Origin: an uncultured Candidatus Rokubacteria bacterium
GTDB taxonomy: Bacteria; Methylomirabilota; Methylomirabilia; Rokubacteriales; CSP1-6
Length of the DNA stretch: 64,000 bases
NCBI GenBank assembly: GCA_963789955.1
Contig: CAWBMV010000001.1
Coordinates: 1 to 64,000, forward strand
Reading direction: 5' to 3'
Part shown: piece after piece, positions 1-9,075 of the stretch
How the letters are laid out: the number at the start of each line of letters is the position of its first letter
How positions within the stretch are numbered: position 1 is the stretch's first letter
Translations under genes and position numbers: made by a program
The notes under the pieces: generated by a model
What the model saw: only the letters and a program-made list of their open reading frames with translations
Database searches by the model: none
Told to the model about the DNA's origin: nothing

Positions 1-30
1 CCGGTCGCCAACCGGTACTGAGGGGACGAC

Positions 31-1260
31 ATGCGCCCGGCGAGCCTGATGCTCTTGCTGGCAGTGGCCTGGGTCCTCGCGGCGGGTGACGCGGATGCGC
101 AGGGACCGATCAAGATCGGCTTCATTGCGCCGCTCACAGGCGCGATCGCGGCGGCCGGCAAGGACATGTACTCGGGCTGCGAGCTCTACTGGCAGGAGAA
201 CGGCTGGCAGATGGCCGGGCGCAAGGTCGAGGTCATCCTGGAAGACAACGAGGCCAACCCGGCCACCGCGCTGGTCAAGCTCCGGAAGCTCGTGGAGAAC
301 GATCACGTCAACATGGTCGCCGGCGTGATCCTGTCGAACGTCGCCTACGCGCTGGTGCCGTACATCGAAGCCCAGGAAATCCCCACGATGTACCCGATCA
401 ACTCGGCCGACGATCTCACGCAGCGCAAGCGGCCCAAGTGGCTCATCCGCACCGGATTCTCGGCCGGCGGCAACATGCACCCGTTCGGCGAGTACGCGGC
501 GAAGGTCCTGGCCTACAAGAAGGTCGTGACGGTGGGGCTCGACTACGCCTTCGGCTGGGAGACGGTGGGCGGATTCCAGAAGTCGTTCGAGGACAATGGC
601 GGCCAGGTCATCCAGAAGCTCTGGGTCCCGCTGAACGTCCCGGACTACTCGCCGTATCTTTCCCAGATCAAGAAGGACGCCGACGCCGTGTTCGTGGTGG
701 CGCTCGGCCGCTGGACCCTGCTGTTCGCGCAGCAGTACGCGTCCAGCGGCCTCCGTGGGCGCCTTCCGCTCATCGCCGGCGGGACCTACACCGACGAGCA
801 CGTCCTGCCGCAGCTCGGCGACGAGTCGATCGGCGTCGTGAGCGCGCATCACTATTCCGCGTCGCTCGACACGCCGGCCAACAAGCGCTTCCGCGCCGCC
901 TTCGAGAAGGCCTACAACCGCGTTCCGTCCTTCTATTCGGAGAATTGCTACACCGGCGCCCGGATCATCAACGAGGCGGTGCGTGCGATCGGCGGCAAGG
1001 TCGAGGACCGCGCCGCCCTCATGGCCGCGCTTCGCAAGGTCGAGATCACCGACGCCCCGCGCGGCCCGGTGCAGATGGACGCCTACGGCAACCCGACGCA
1101 GAACATCTATATCCGTAAGGTGGAGCGGGTGGGCGGCAAGCTCCAGAACACCGTCATCTATACGTACCCGGCGGTCAGCCAGTTCTGGAAGTACAACCCC
1201 GAAGAATTCTTGAAGCAGCCGGTCTACTCGCGGGATTTCCCGCCGTGCCGGCACTGCTGA
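31..1260 (+). CDS. ABC transporter substrate-binding protein, branched-chain amino acid/aromatic-acid (LivJ-like, type I PBP) family
   Basis: Signal peptide; 'PIKIGFIAPLTG', 'LDYAFG' and 'PRGPVQMD' motifs; SD GAGGGG upstream. Confidence 0.9.
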   Translation: MRPASLMLLLAVAWVLAAGDADAQGPIKIGFIAPLTGAIAAAGKDMYSGCELYWQENGWQMAGRKVEVILEDNEANPATALVKLRKLVENDHVNMVAGVILSNVAYALVPYIEAQEIPTMYPINSADDLTQRKRPKWLIRTGFSAGGNMHPFGEYAAKVLAYKKVVTVGLDYAFGWETVGGFQKSFEDNGGQVIQKLWVPLNVPDYSPYLSQIKKDADAVFVVALGRWTLLFAQQYASSGLRGRLPLIAGGTYTDEHVLPQLGDESIGVVSAHHYSASLDTPANKRFRAAFEKAYNRVPSFYSENCYTGARIINEAVRAIGGKVEDRAALMAALRKVEITDAPRGPVQMDAYGNPTQNIYIRKVERVGGKLQNTVIYTYPAVSQFWKYNPEEFLKQPVYSRDFPPCRHC

Positions 1261-1270
1261 GGTTCTGACC

Positions 1271-2041
1271 ATGGCGCGAACGGTCCTGAACGGTGTCGAG
1301 ATCGACTACACGGTGAGCGGGCGCGGGCGCCCGGTGATCCTGAGTCACGGCTACGGCGCCACCGGACGCATGTGGGACGGCCAGCGCCGGACGATCGGCG
1401 ACCGATATCGGCTCATCACCTGGGACATGCGCGGCCACGGCCAGACCGAAAGCCCGAGCGAGGCAGCGCAGTACTCGACCGACACCACCGTCGCCGACAT
1501 GCGGGCGCTCCTCACCTCACTCGGCGTGAACCGCGCGGTGGTCGGCGGGCTCTCGCTCGGCGGCTACATGTCGCTGGCGTTCTACCTGGCGCATCCCGAG
1601 ATGGTCGACGCGCTGATCATCTGCGACTCGGGGCCGGGCTATCGCAACGCCGAGGCTCGCAACGCGTGGAACCAGCGCGCCAACGAGCGCGCCGGCACCC
1701 TGGAGGCGCGTGGGCTCGAGGCGCTCGGCGGCCGGAGCCGCGAGGTCCGCGACGCGCTCGGCCACCACAAGAGCGCTCAGGGCCTCGCCCACGCCGCGCG
1801 CGGAATGCTCGCGCAGCAAGACGCGCGCGTGATCGACGGTCTGGCGTCGATCCGCGTGCCGACCCTGGTCATCGTCGGCGACCAGGACACGCCGTTCCTG
1901 GCGCCGTGCGAATACATGGCGAAGAAGATTCCGGGCGCGCGGCTCGAGGTGATCACCGGGGCGGGGCACGCCTCCAACCTCGATCAGCCGGAGGCCTTCG
2001 ACCGCGTGCTGCTGCGCTTCCTGGACTCGCTACCGGCCTGA
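1271..2041 (+). CDS. alpha/beta fold hydrolase (PcaD/MenH-like)
   Basis: HG oxyanion motif, DMRGHG, GLSLGG nucleophile elbow, C-terminal AGH catalytic His. Confidence 0.9.
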   Translation: MARTVLNGVEIDYTVSGRGRPVILSHGYGATGRMWDGQRRTIGDRYRLITWDMRGHGQTESPSEAAQYSTDTTVADMRALLTSLGVNRAVVGGLSLGGYMSLAFYLAHPEMVDALIICDSGPGYRNAEARNAWNQRANERAGTLEARGLEALGGRSREVRDALGHHKSAQGLAHAARGMLAQQDARVIDGLASIRVPTLVIVGDQDTPFLAPCEYMAKKIPGARLEVITGAGHASNLDQPEAFDRVLLRFLDSLPA

Positions 2042-2050
2042 GCCGCGCGT

Positions 2051-3241
2051 TCAGCCGCGCGGCAGACCGAGTACGCGCTCGCCGATGATGTTGCGCTGGA
2101 TCTCGCTCGTTCCGGCCGAGATCGTGTATTGCCGAGCGGCGAGCACCCGGTTGAACCAGCGCGGCGCGTCCGGCACGGTCGACGAGGCCTGGTTCACCAG
2201 CACGTGCATACCCAGGAGCTCGCCGGCGGCGTCCGCGATCCGCACGCCGAGCTCCGAGCCGCTGAGCTTCAGCACGGATCCCTCGGGTCCCGGCGCCTCA
2301 CCGCGTAGCTGACGGGTGAGGCTGCGCAGGCGCGTGTACTTCAGCGCCTCGGACTCGATGGCGAGCTGAGCCAGCCGCTGGCGGATCGCCGGATGATCCC
2401 ACGCGGGCCGCCCGTCGATCGGGACCTGCTTCGCCAGCGCGATCAGGCGGGCGATCTGGGCTGTGTGACTGCGCCCGCCGGCCGAATGGCGCTCGTACAT
2501 GAGCGTGGTGGTCGAAACCTTCCATCCCTGGTTCACCGGCCCGAGCAGGTTCGCCTTCGGCACGACGACGTCCGTGAAGAAGACCTCGTTGAAGTGATGG
2601 TGTCCCGTCATCAGGACCAGCGGCCGCACGCTGACCCCCGGCGTCGTCATCGGCACCAGGAGACAGCTGATCCCCTGATGCTTCGGCACGTCGGGGTTCG
2701 TCCTGACGAGCAGGATGATCCAGTGCGCGAAGTGCGCACCCGAGGTCCACACCTTCTGGCCGTTGACGACGTAGTGATCGCCCTGGTCGACGGCGCGCGT
2801 CCGGAGGCTCGCCAGATCGGAGCCGGCGCCCGGCTCCGAGAAGCCCTGGCACCAGATCTCGTCGGCATTGAGGATGGCCGGCAGGTGGCGCCGCTTCTGC
2901 TCGAGCGTACCCCAGTGGATGATCGTCGGCCCCACCAGGCTCAATCCCATGTTCCCCGGCAGCACCGGCGCGCGCGCGGCCGTGTACTCTTCGTCCCAGA
3001 TCACGCGCTCGATCAGCCCGGCGTCGCGGCCCCCGTATTCCGTGGGCCACGTGATGCCGACCCAGCCCGCCGCGTGCATCGTCTTTTGCCAGACGCACCG
3101 GCGTTCGAAGGTCTCGCGATCGGACGCGACGCGGTCGTCGGACGCGTCGTCCAGGCACAGTTCCGGCGGGAGGTTCGTGGCGAGCCAGTCGCGGAATTCC
3201 TTGCGGAGGCTCTGGTGCTCGACGGCGAATTCAAAATCCAT
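2051..3241 (-). CDS. acyl-CoA dehydrogenase family protein
   Basis: WCQGFSEPGAGSDLASL, NGQKVWTS and TISAGTSEIQRNII motifs; start moved to ATG 3241 (MDFEF). Confidence 0.92.
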   Translation of the reverse strand: MDFEFAVEHQSLRKEFRDWLATNLPPELCLDDASDDRVASDRETFERRCVWQKTMHAAGWVGITWPTEYGGRDAGLIERVIWDEEYTAARAPVLPGNMGLSLVGPTIIHWGTLEQKRRHLPAILNADEIWCQGFSEPGAGSDLASLRTRAVDQGDHYVVNGQKVWTSGAHFAHWIILLVRTNPDVPKHQGISCLLVPMTTPGVSVRPLVLMTGHHHFNEVFFTDVVVPKANLLGPVNQGWKVSTTTLMYERHSAGGRSHTAQIARLIALAKQVPIDGRPAWDHPAIRQRLAQLAIESEALKYTRLRSLTRQLRGEAPGPEGSVLKLSGSELGVRIADAAGELLGMHVLVNQASSTVPDAPRWFNRVLAARQYTISAGTSEIQRNIIGERVLGLPRG

Positions 3242-3255
3242 GACGCGGCGAACCG

Positions 3256-3285
3256 AGGCTAGTCGGCCGGCCCCGGCTCTGTCAA
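3256..3285 (-). promoter_or_regulatory. sigma70-type promoter for the acyl-CoA dehydrogenase
   Basis: TTGACA-N18-TAGCCT on the minus strand, ending 14 nt before the ATG. Confidence 0.5.
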
Positions 3286-3519
3286 GCGCGTCGCACCGAG
3301 GATGCCGTGCAATTTTTTCTCGACGAGCGGTCGTCAGCGAGCCGCGCACGCGATGTGAAAAGTGATTCACTCTTGAATGTTCATGAGCGTGCGTGTACAG
3401 TCCGCTTCGATCACGAGGGTACCGAAATGCATCTCTTGCTCCTCCGTTCGCTGTTTCGGGAGATGATTTCCGATCTTGCCGGAGCCACAGCGACAGCGGA
3501 GGAACCGAACCGAGGCGGC

Positions 3520-4158
3520 ATGACGCGCTATTTGATCGTGGTCGCGCGGACGGAGCCCGCGGTTTACGAGCACCTCCGCAATCGTCACCTCGCCGATCCG
3601 AAAGTCCGCGTGATGCTCGATCGGCGCGGCGCCATCGAGTACGAGTCGTCAGACAGCCCGCCGCCGGCCGATCGTCGTCGCCGTCGGTCGTCGCTCATGA
3701 CCGGTGCATCACACGAGCTGGTCGCGCTCGCGTCCGAGGTGCCCGTCGAGTCCCCCACGCCTAACCCGCAACCCCCCGCTCTCCACGAGGAGGCACCACG
3801 CCAGATGAGTCAGATCGAGACGATCGATGACGCGCAGCGGACGACGCGCTGGCTCGCCGAAAGCCAGTATCAGCTCAGTCATGTGATTCCGTCGTTGGTC
3901 GAGGAGCGCGAGCGCTTGCGGCGTGCGCTCGAGGCGCGAGAGCAGGAGTGCGAGCGGCTGGGCGGCGAGCTCGGTGAGCTTCGCCGGATCCACGGGGCGC
4001 TCCAGGGCGAGCTCGATGCACTGCGGGGCGAGCGCTCGGCGGTCGCCGAGGCCTTCGGCGGCGTCGTGGACATGCTCGGGCAGATGCACCGGCCCCTGGC
4101 CGACATCGCACGGCGTTTGCAGACCGCGCCGCCGATTCCCGTCTCTCAGCAGGACTGA
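3520..4158 (+). CDS. hypothetical protein: small N-terminal domain ending in DRR/RRRR, plus C-terminal coiled coil
   Basis: Open frame with GAGG upstream of ATG 3520; heptad-like Leu/Glu/Arg C-terminus; start uncertain. Confidence 0.7.
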   Translation: MTRYLIVVARTEPAVYEHLRNRHLADPKVRVMLDRRGAIEYESSDSPPPADRRRRRSSLMTGASHELVALASEVPVESPTPNPQPPALHEEAPRQMSQIETIDDAQRTTRWLAESQYQLSHVIPSLVEERERLRRALEAREQECERLGGELGELRRIHGALQGELDALRGERSAVAEAFGGVVDMLGQMHRPLADIARRLQTAPPIPVSQQD

Positions 4159-4169
4159 GATCCGCGCCG

Positions 4170-4205
4170 TCCCGCCGCCCCGCGCGACGTCGCGGGGCGG
4201 CGGGA
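4170..4205 (+). terminator. strong GC hairpin after the 3520-4158 CDS (possible terminator, no U-tract)
   Basis: TCCCGCCGCCCCGCG-cgacgt-CGCGGGGCGGCGGGA, a perfect 15-bp stem. Confidence 0.55.
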
Positions 4206-4276
4206 ACGAAGGACTCTTAGGGCAGCGCGGGTGTCTTCTTCGCCAGTAGACACGGCGTGTCCCGTATGATGCGGGC

Positions 4277-5416
4277 ATGGAACGAACCACCACCAGTCGA
4301 ACTCGAGCTCGTCGGCGACGCGCCCCGAAGGCGGCCGTCCCCGCCGAGGTCGCTCCCGCCCCGTCCGAGCTACTCGCGCCGCCCGCGCCACCTGTCGCCG
4401 AGCCCAGGGAGCCGCCGCTGCCGGTCGTCGTGCCGGAGCCGGTGTTCGCGACGCGCGTTCCGCCGCCGGCGCCCGAGCGGCTTCGTCCCGCCACGCGCCA
4501 CGCGATCTTCTTCGACGTCGAGAACACCAGCAACCCCACGCACATCGAGCGGGTCGTCGAGCGTCTCGCGATCGATCACGGCGACCGGAACACCGAGTTC
4601 TTCGCCGTCGGCAACTGGCGCGTGATCGGGCACGAGACGGGACGCGTGCTCGCGCGATGCGGCGCCCAGCTCCTCCACAGCGCGCCGTCCACCGGAGTCC
4701 GCGACTGGAGCGACCTCCGGATCGCGGTGAGCGCGGGCGTGTGGCTGGCCGGTGCGCGACCGGGCGATGTGCTCGAGATCGTGTCGGACGATCGCGCCTT
4801 CGACGCGGTGGGCGACGTCGCGGCGGCGCTCGGCATCACCTTTCACCGGCTGACGGCGCGAACGTTGGCGGGCGCGGCGCCGGTGGAGACGAGCCGTCCC
4901 GCGTCCGGGGGCGACCGCAGCCGCCGGCGCGGGGGTCGCGGGCGGCGCGGTGGACGACCCGCCGGGATGGAGACCGAGCCGCGACGGCTCGAGCCGGTCC
5001 GTCACGCGCCGGCGCCCGTCGAGTCCGACGAAGCGCACAGCGCGCCGCACGACGAGCTGGTGCTGCTCGTCCGCGAGCTCGCGGAGCGCGCCCCCAACGG
5101 CGCCGTGCTGATCGACAATGTGGCGCGCACGCTCAAGGCGCGCGGCTTCAGCCGGCCGCCCGGCTCGCCGCGGCTGGTCACGCGCCTGCGCCGCATCAAG
5201 GAGCTGTCGGTGAGCCCCACGGGAATGATCTCGCTCGTGCCGGGCGCGGTGAGTCGAGTCGAGGCTCCGGCGCCGCCAGCCGAGCCGGTCGCCGAGGAAG
5301 CCGAGGAAGCCGTGGAAGTCGAGGCGGCGCCGGCGGCAGCGCCCAGGCGGAGCCGTCGGCGCTCGCGCCGCGGCGGCCGTGGCCGTCGTCGCGCGAGCCC
5401 CGCCGCGGGCTCGTAA
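4277..5416 (+). CDS. NYN (PIN-like, LabA/DUF88) domain protein with OST-HTH/LOTUS-like domain and Arg/Pro-rich disordered segments
   Basis: AIFFDVEN, SD and IVSDDRAFD acidic NYN-type motifs; C-terminal helical domain; RRGGRGRR tracts. Confidence 0.75.
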   Translation: MERTTTSRTRARRRRAPKAAVPAEVAPAPSELLAPPAPPVAEPREPPLPVVVPEPVFATRVPPPAPERLRPATRHAIFFDVENTSNPTHIERVVERLAIDHGDRNTEFFAVGNWRVIGHETGRVLARCGAQLLHSAPSTGVRDWSDLRIAVSAGVWLAGARPGDVLEIVSDDRAFDAVGDVAAALGITFHRLTARTLAGAAPVETSRPASGGDRSRRRGGRGRRGGRPAGMETEPRRLEPVRHAPAPVESDEAHSAPHDELVLLVRELAERAPNGAVLIDNVARTLKARGFSRPPGSPRLVTRLRRIKELSVSPTGMISLVPGAVSRVEAPAPPAEPVAEEAEEAVEVEAAPAAAPRRSRRRSRRGGRGRRRASPAAGS

Positions 5417-5432
5417 CGCCCGCCCGCCGACC

Positions 5433-6312
5433 TCAGGACACCAGAATCGCTTTGGCCCGATCGCGGATCGCGTCGGGCAGGGGTGTCGGCCGCCGTGCGT
5501 CCATGTCGAGGTGCACGCCCAGCTGCTCGAGGGTCGCCACGCGCTCGTCGGTACGCTCGTTGGTCATCACGTGGAACAGGCGCATCGAGGAATTGCCGAC
5601 GTGGACGAGCGCCGAGCGCACGCGGACCGGATCGCCCGGCCGGAGCGCGCCGCCGAGCTCGAGCTGGAACTCGAACGTCGAGAAGCCGCGGTGCTCGGTT
5701 CGCATGTAGCCCGGGGTGACGCCGAACACCGCGGTCGCGTGGCCGTTGGCGGCCGAGAACCGATGGATGTAGTGCATCAGCGCGACCTGCCCGAGGACGT
5801 CCACCTCGTCGGGCTTGACCGTATCGCGTGAGCTCTCGTGGAAGCCGTCGAGCCCGCTCGGCCGCGGGCGGCGCTCACGTGCCGGGACGTCCCACTCGAC
5901 CCGTCGCGGCTCGGCCGCCCGGCGCTGAGCCGCCAGCAAGGGCCGCGCGGTGCGTCGCCGCGCATCGACGTGGCGCACGCGCTGCTCGACCGTCGTGCAG
6001 ACCTCGCCGGTCTCGGAGTTGAAGAGCTTGTGTCCGAGCACCAGCGCGTCGCGCTCGACGGCGATGACGCCGCTCACGACGTGCATGATGTCGCCCACGC
6101 GCAGCTCGCGGCACGTAGCGCACGTAGCAATCGACGGTCAGGCAAAGGTTTCCGCGGCGCCGCGTGTAGTCGCGACCGAGCCCGAGCGAATCGAGCAGGG
6201 TGAGCGTGGCGTCGCCGAGCCGCGCGAAATAGAACGCGACCGTCAGGTGGTCGTTGTGGTCTACCTCCCAGCGGTAGACGATTCCGCGATACGTCTCGAG
6301 CCAGCCGTTCAC
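5433..6312 (-). CDS. tandem hot-dog acyl-CoA thioesterase (frameshift near 6115, probably a sequencing error)
   Basis: Two 4HBT-like halves (WEVDHNDHL.. and DEVDVLGQV..) split across ORFs 5875-6312 and 5433-6098. Confidence 0.8.
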
Positions 6313-6455
6313 GTTGTCCTCCTCCGCGATTGCGCCGCGACCGGGTAAGCCTACACGACTCGGCCCTCCCCGCGAGTGTTAAGCTGGTGTTATCGGAATC
6401 GGTTGAGCGACCCGGGCTGCAGGAGCCCGACAGCGGTGTCGAAGCGGGTCGGGCG

Positions 6456-8012
6456 ATGACCGAATCTCGAAGACCGGTAGCGCTCTGGCAGCTGACCTTC
6501 CTGACGCTTGCCTATTTCCTCGCGGGCAAGTTCGGTCTCGCCCTGGCCGTCGTCAACGCGAGCGTCTCGCCGGTGTGGCCGCCGACCGGGATCGCCTTCG
6601 CCTCGTTTCTCCTGCTGGGCCCGCGCATCTGGCCCGCCATTCTGCTCGGCGCGTTTCTCGTGAACGTCACGACCACCGGATCGATCGCGACCTCGCTCGG
6701 CATCGCGATCGGCAACACCATCGAGGGGCGCCTGGGCGCCGATCTGGTGCGGCTGTTCGCGAACGGCCGCGACGTGTTCAACCGCGCGCGGGACGTCGTC
6801 AAGTTCGTGGTGCTGGGCGCGCTCTTCAGCACGACCGTGAGCGCCACGATCGGGGTCAGCAGCCTGACCGTCGGCGGAGCCGCCAGCTGGCGCGAGTACC
6901 CCGCGATCTGGTTCACGTGGTGGCTCGGTGACGCGGTGGGCGCCCTCGTCGTCGGACCCGTCATCGTGCTCTGGTGCGCGCGCATCGCCGCTCCGCGGAG
7001 CTGGTGGCGTGTGCTCGAGGGGGCGGTCCTCTTCGCGGCGGTGATCGCCGTCGGGTCACTCGTGTTCTTCGGATTCGTCGGTCAGCCGCTGACGTTTCTG
7101 TGCCTGCCCCCGATGATCTGGGCGGCGTTTCGCTTCGGCCAGCGCGAGACGGCGGCCGCGATCGCGGTCCTGTCCACCCTGGCGATCTGGGGCACCGTGC
7201 ACGGCCTCGGGCCGTTCGCCGATGGACCGCCGAACGAGTCGCTGCTGCTCTTGCAGGCATTTCTCGGCACGATGGCCGTGATGAGCATCATGATCGCGGC
7301 CGTCGTGGCGGAGCGAAAGCGGGACGAGGCGGCGCTGGCCCACCTGGCGTCCATCGTGGAGTTCTCCGATGACGCCATCATCAGCAAGACACTCGACGGC
7401 GTGGTCACCAGCTGGAACGCGGGCGCGGAGCGACTCTTCGGCTACACCGCGACCGAGGCGATCGGCCGATCGATCTCGATCATCATCCCGCCGGATCACC
7501 CCAACGAGCTGCTCCGCATCCTGGCGCGGCTCAAGCGGGGTGAGCACATCCAGCCCTACGAGACGGCGCGCATCCGGAAGGACGGCACGCGCGTTCAGGT
7601 TTCGGTCACGGTGTCGCCGCTCCGGAGCTCGTCCGGCAGCATCATCGGCGCCTCCGCGATCGGCCGCGACGTGACCGAGAAGAAGCAAGCCGAAGCGACC
7701 CTGCGCGAGGCGGAGAAGCTGCGGCTGGTCGCGAGCCTGGCGGTGGCCGCCGCGCACGAAATCAACAATCCGCTCACCGTCGTCTCGGGCGAGCTCCAGC
7801 TGCTGGCGCGCGAGGCCGGCTCCGGCCCGGGCATGCGGATCGCGGCGATGCTCGAGGCGCTCGAGCGCATCCGCGAGGTCGTCCTGCGCATGAACCAGAT
7901 CACCCGGCTCGTGCCCGCCGAGGGCCAGCGCAACCTTCCCGAGATGCTCGACCTCGGCCGGTCGAGCGGTCGCGGCGATCCCGCCGACGGCGACCCCGAT
8001 CGAGCGTCCTAG
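6456..8012 (+). CDS. MASE1 + PAS + HisKA sensor protein lacking an HATPase domain
   Basis: MASE1 motifs ([13 protein letters not shown]), PAS ([16 protein letters not shown]), H-box AHEINNPL, stop ~80 aa later. Confidence 0.85.
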   Translation: MTESRRPVALWQLTFLTLAYFLAGKFGLALAVVNASVSPVWPPTGIAFASFLLLGPRIWPAILLGAFLVNVTTTGSIATSLGIAIGNTIEGRLGADLVRLFANGRDVFNRARDVVKFVVLGALFSTTVSATIGVSSLTVGGAASWREYPAIWFTWWLGDAVGALVVGPVIVLWCARIAAPRSWWRVLEGAVLFAAVIAVGSLVFFGFVGQPLTFLCLPPMIWAAFRFGQRETAAAIAVLSTLAIWGTVHGLGPFADGPPNESLLLLQAFLGTMAVMSIMIAAVVAERKRDEAALAHLASIVEFSDDAIISKTLDGVVTSWNAGAERLFGYTATEAIGRSISIIIPPDHPNELLRILARLKRGEHIQPYETARIRKDGTRVQVSVTVSPLRSSSGSIIGASAIGRDVTEKKQAEATLREAEKLRLVASLAVAAAHEINNPLTVVSGELQLLAREAGSGPGMRIAAMLEALERIREVVLRMNQITRLVPAEGQRNLPEMLDLGRSSGRGDPADGDPDRAS

Positions 8013-8992
8013 ATGTGGACGCTCTTCATCATGGCCTCGGGATAGCGCGTGCCGGCCGCGGCGCCGGACGGGATCGCCTCCGCGATCCGCTGGGTGTCAC
8101 GCGCGTCGAGCCGAACCGCGGTGGCCTTCACGTTCTCGTCGAGCCGCTCCTTCCGCTTCGTGCCCGGAATCGGCACGATGTCCGGGCCTTGAGCCAGGAG
8201 CCACGCGAGCGCCAGCTGCCCCGGTGTGCAGCCCTTTTCCTTCGCGACCGGCTCGATCCGCCGGACCAGCTCGAGGTTCCTCGCGAAGTTGGCCTCCAGG
8301 AAGCGCGGGTGATCGCGGCGCCGATCGTCCGACGGGATGTCGGCAAGGTTCTCGACGCGACCGGTGAGCCAGCTGCGCCCGAGCGGTGAGTACGCCACGA
8401 ACGAGATGCCGAGCTCGCGCAGGGTCGGCAGGATCCCCTCCGCCTCGACGCGATAGAGCAGCGAGAACTCGCTCTGCAGCGCGCTGAGCGGATGGACCCG
8501 ATGGGCGCGCCGAACGGTCTCGGGCGCCGCCTCGCAGAGGCCGATATACCGCACCTTGCCCTGCTCGATCAGCCGCTTCATGGCGCCGACCGTGTCCTCG
8601 ATCGGCACGGTCGGGTCGACGCGATGCTGGTAGTACAGATCGACCACGTCGATCCCCAGGCGCTTCAGGCTCGCGTCGCAGGCCTGGATGACATAGTCGG
8701 GGCGACCGTTGACCGTCATGCGGCCTTCGGGCGTCCGGACCTGACCGAACTTGGTCGAGACGACGAACTGATTGCGCTTGCCGCGGATGGCGCGGCCCAG
8801 GAGCTCCTCGTTGTGGCCGAAGCCGTACATGTCCGAGGAATCGAGGAAATTCACGCCCAGGTCGAGCGCGTGGTGTATCACCTCGATCGATTGCGCGTCG
8901 TCGTGCTTGCCGTAGGTGCCCGACATCGACATGCATCCCAGGCCCAGGGCGGGCACGGCGAGCGAGCTATGGCCTAGCTGGCGGGTTTCCAT
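8009..8992 (-). CDS. aldo/keto reductase
   Basis: [33 protein letters not shown] and PIPGTK motifs. Confidence 0.93.
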   Translation of the reverse strand: METRQLGHSSLAVPALGLGCMSMSGTYGKHDDAQSIEVIHHALDLGVNFLDSSDMYGFGHNEELLGRAIRGKRNQFVVSTKFGQVRTPEGRMTVNGRPDYVIQACDASLKRLGIDVVDLYYQHRVDPTVPIEDTVGAMKRLIEQGKVRYIGLCEAAPETVRRAHRVHPLSALQSEFSLLYRVEAEGILPTLRELGISFVAYSPLGRSWLTGRVENLADIPSDDRRRDHPRFLEANFARNLELVRRIEPVAKEKGCTPGQLALAWLLAQGPDIVPIPGTKRKERLDENVKATAVRLDARDTQRIAEAIPSGAAAGTRYPEAMMKSVHI

Positions 8993-9075
8993 TGGTCCTC
9001 CCTTGCGGCTCTCGTCGCGCGATTCTACACCGAGCGGGGCGCGGTTCCGCTGGCGCGGCTTGCTACAATAACCGC

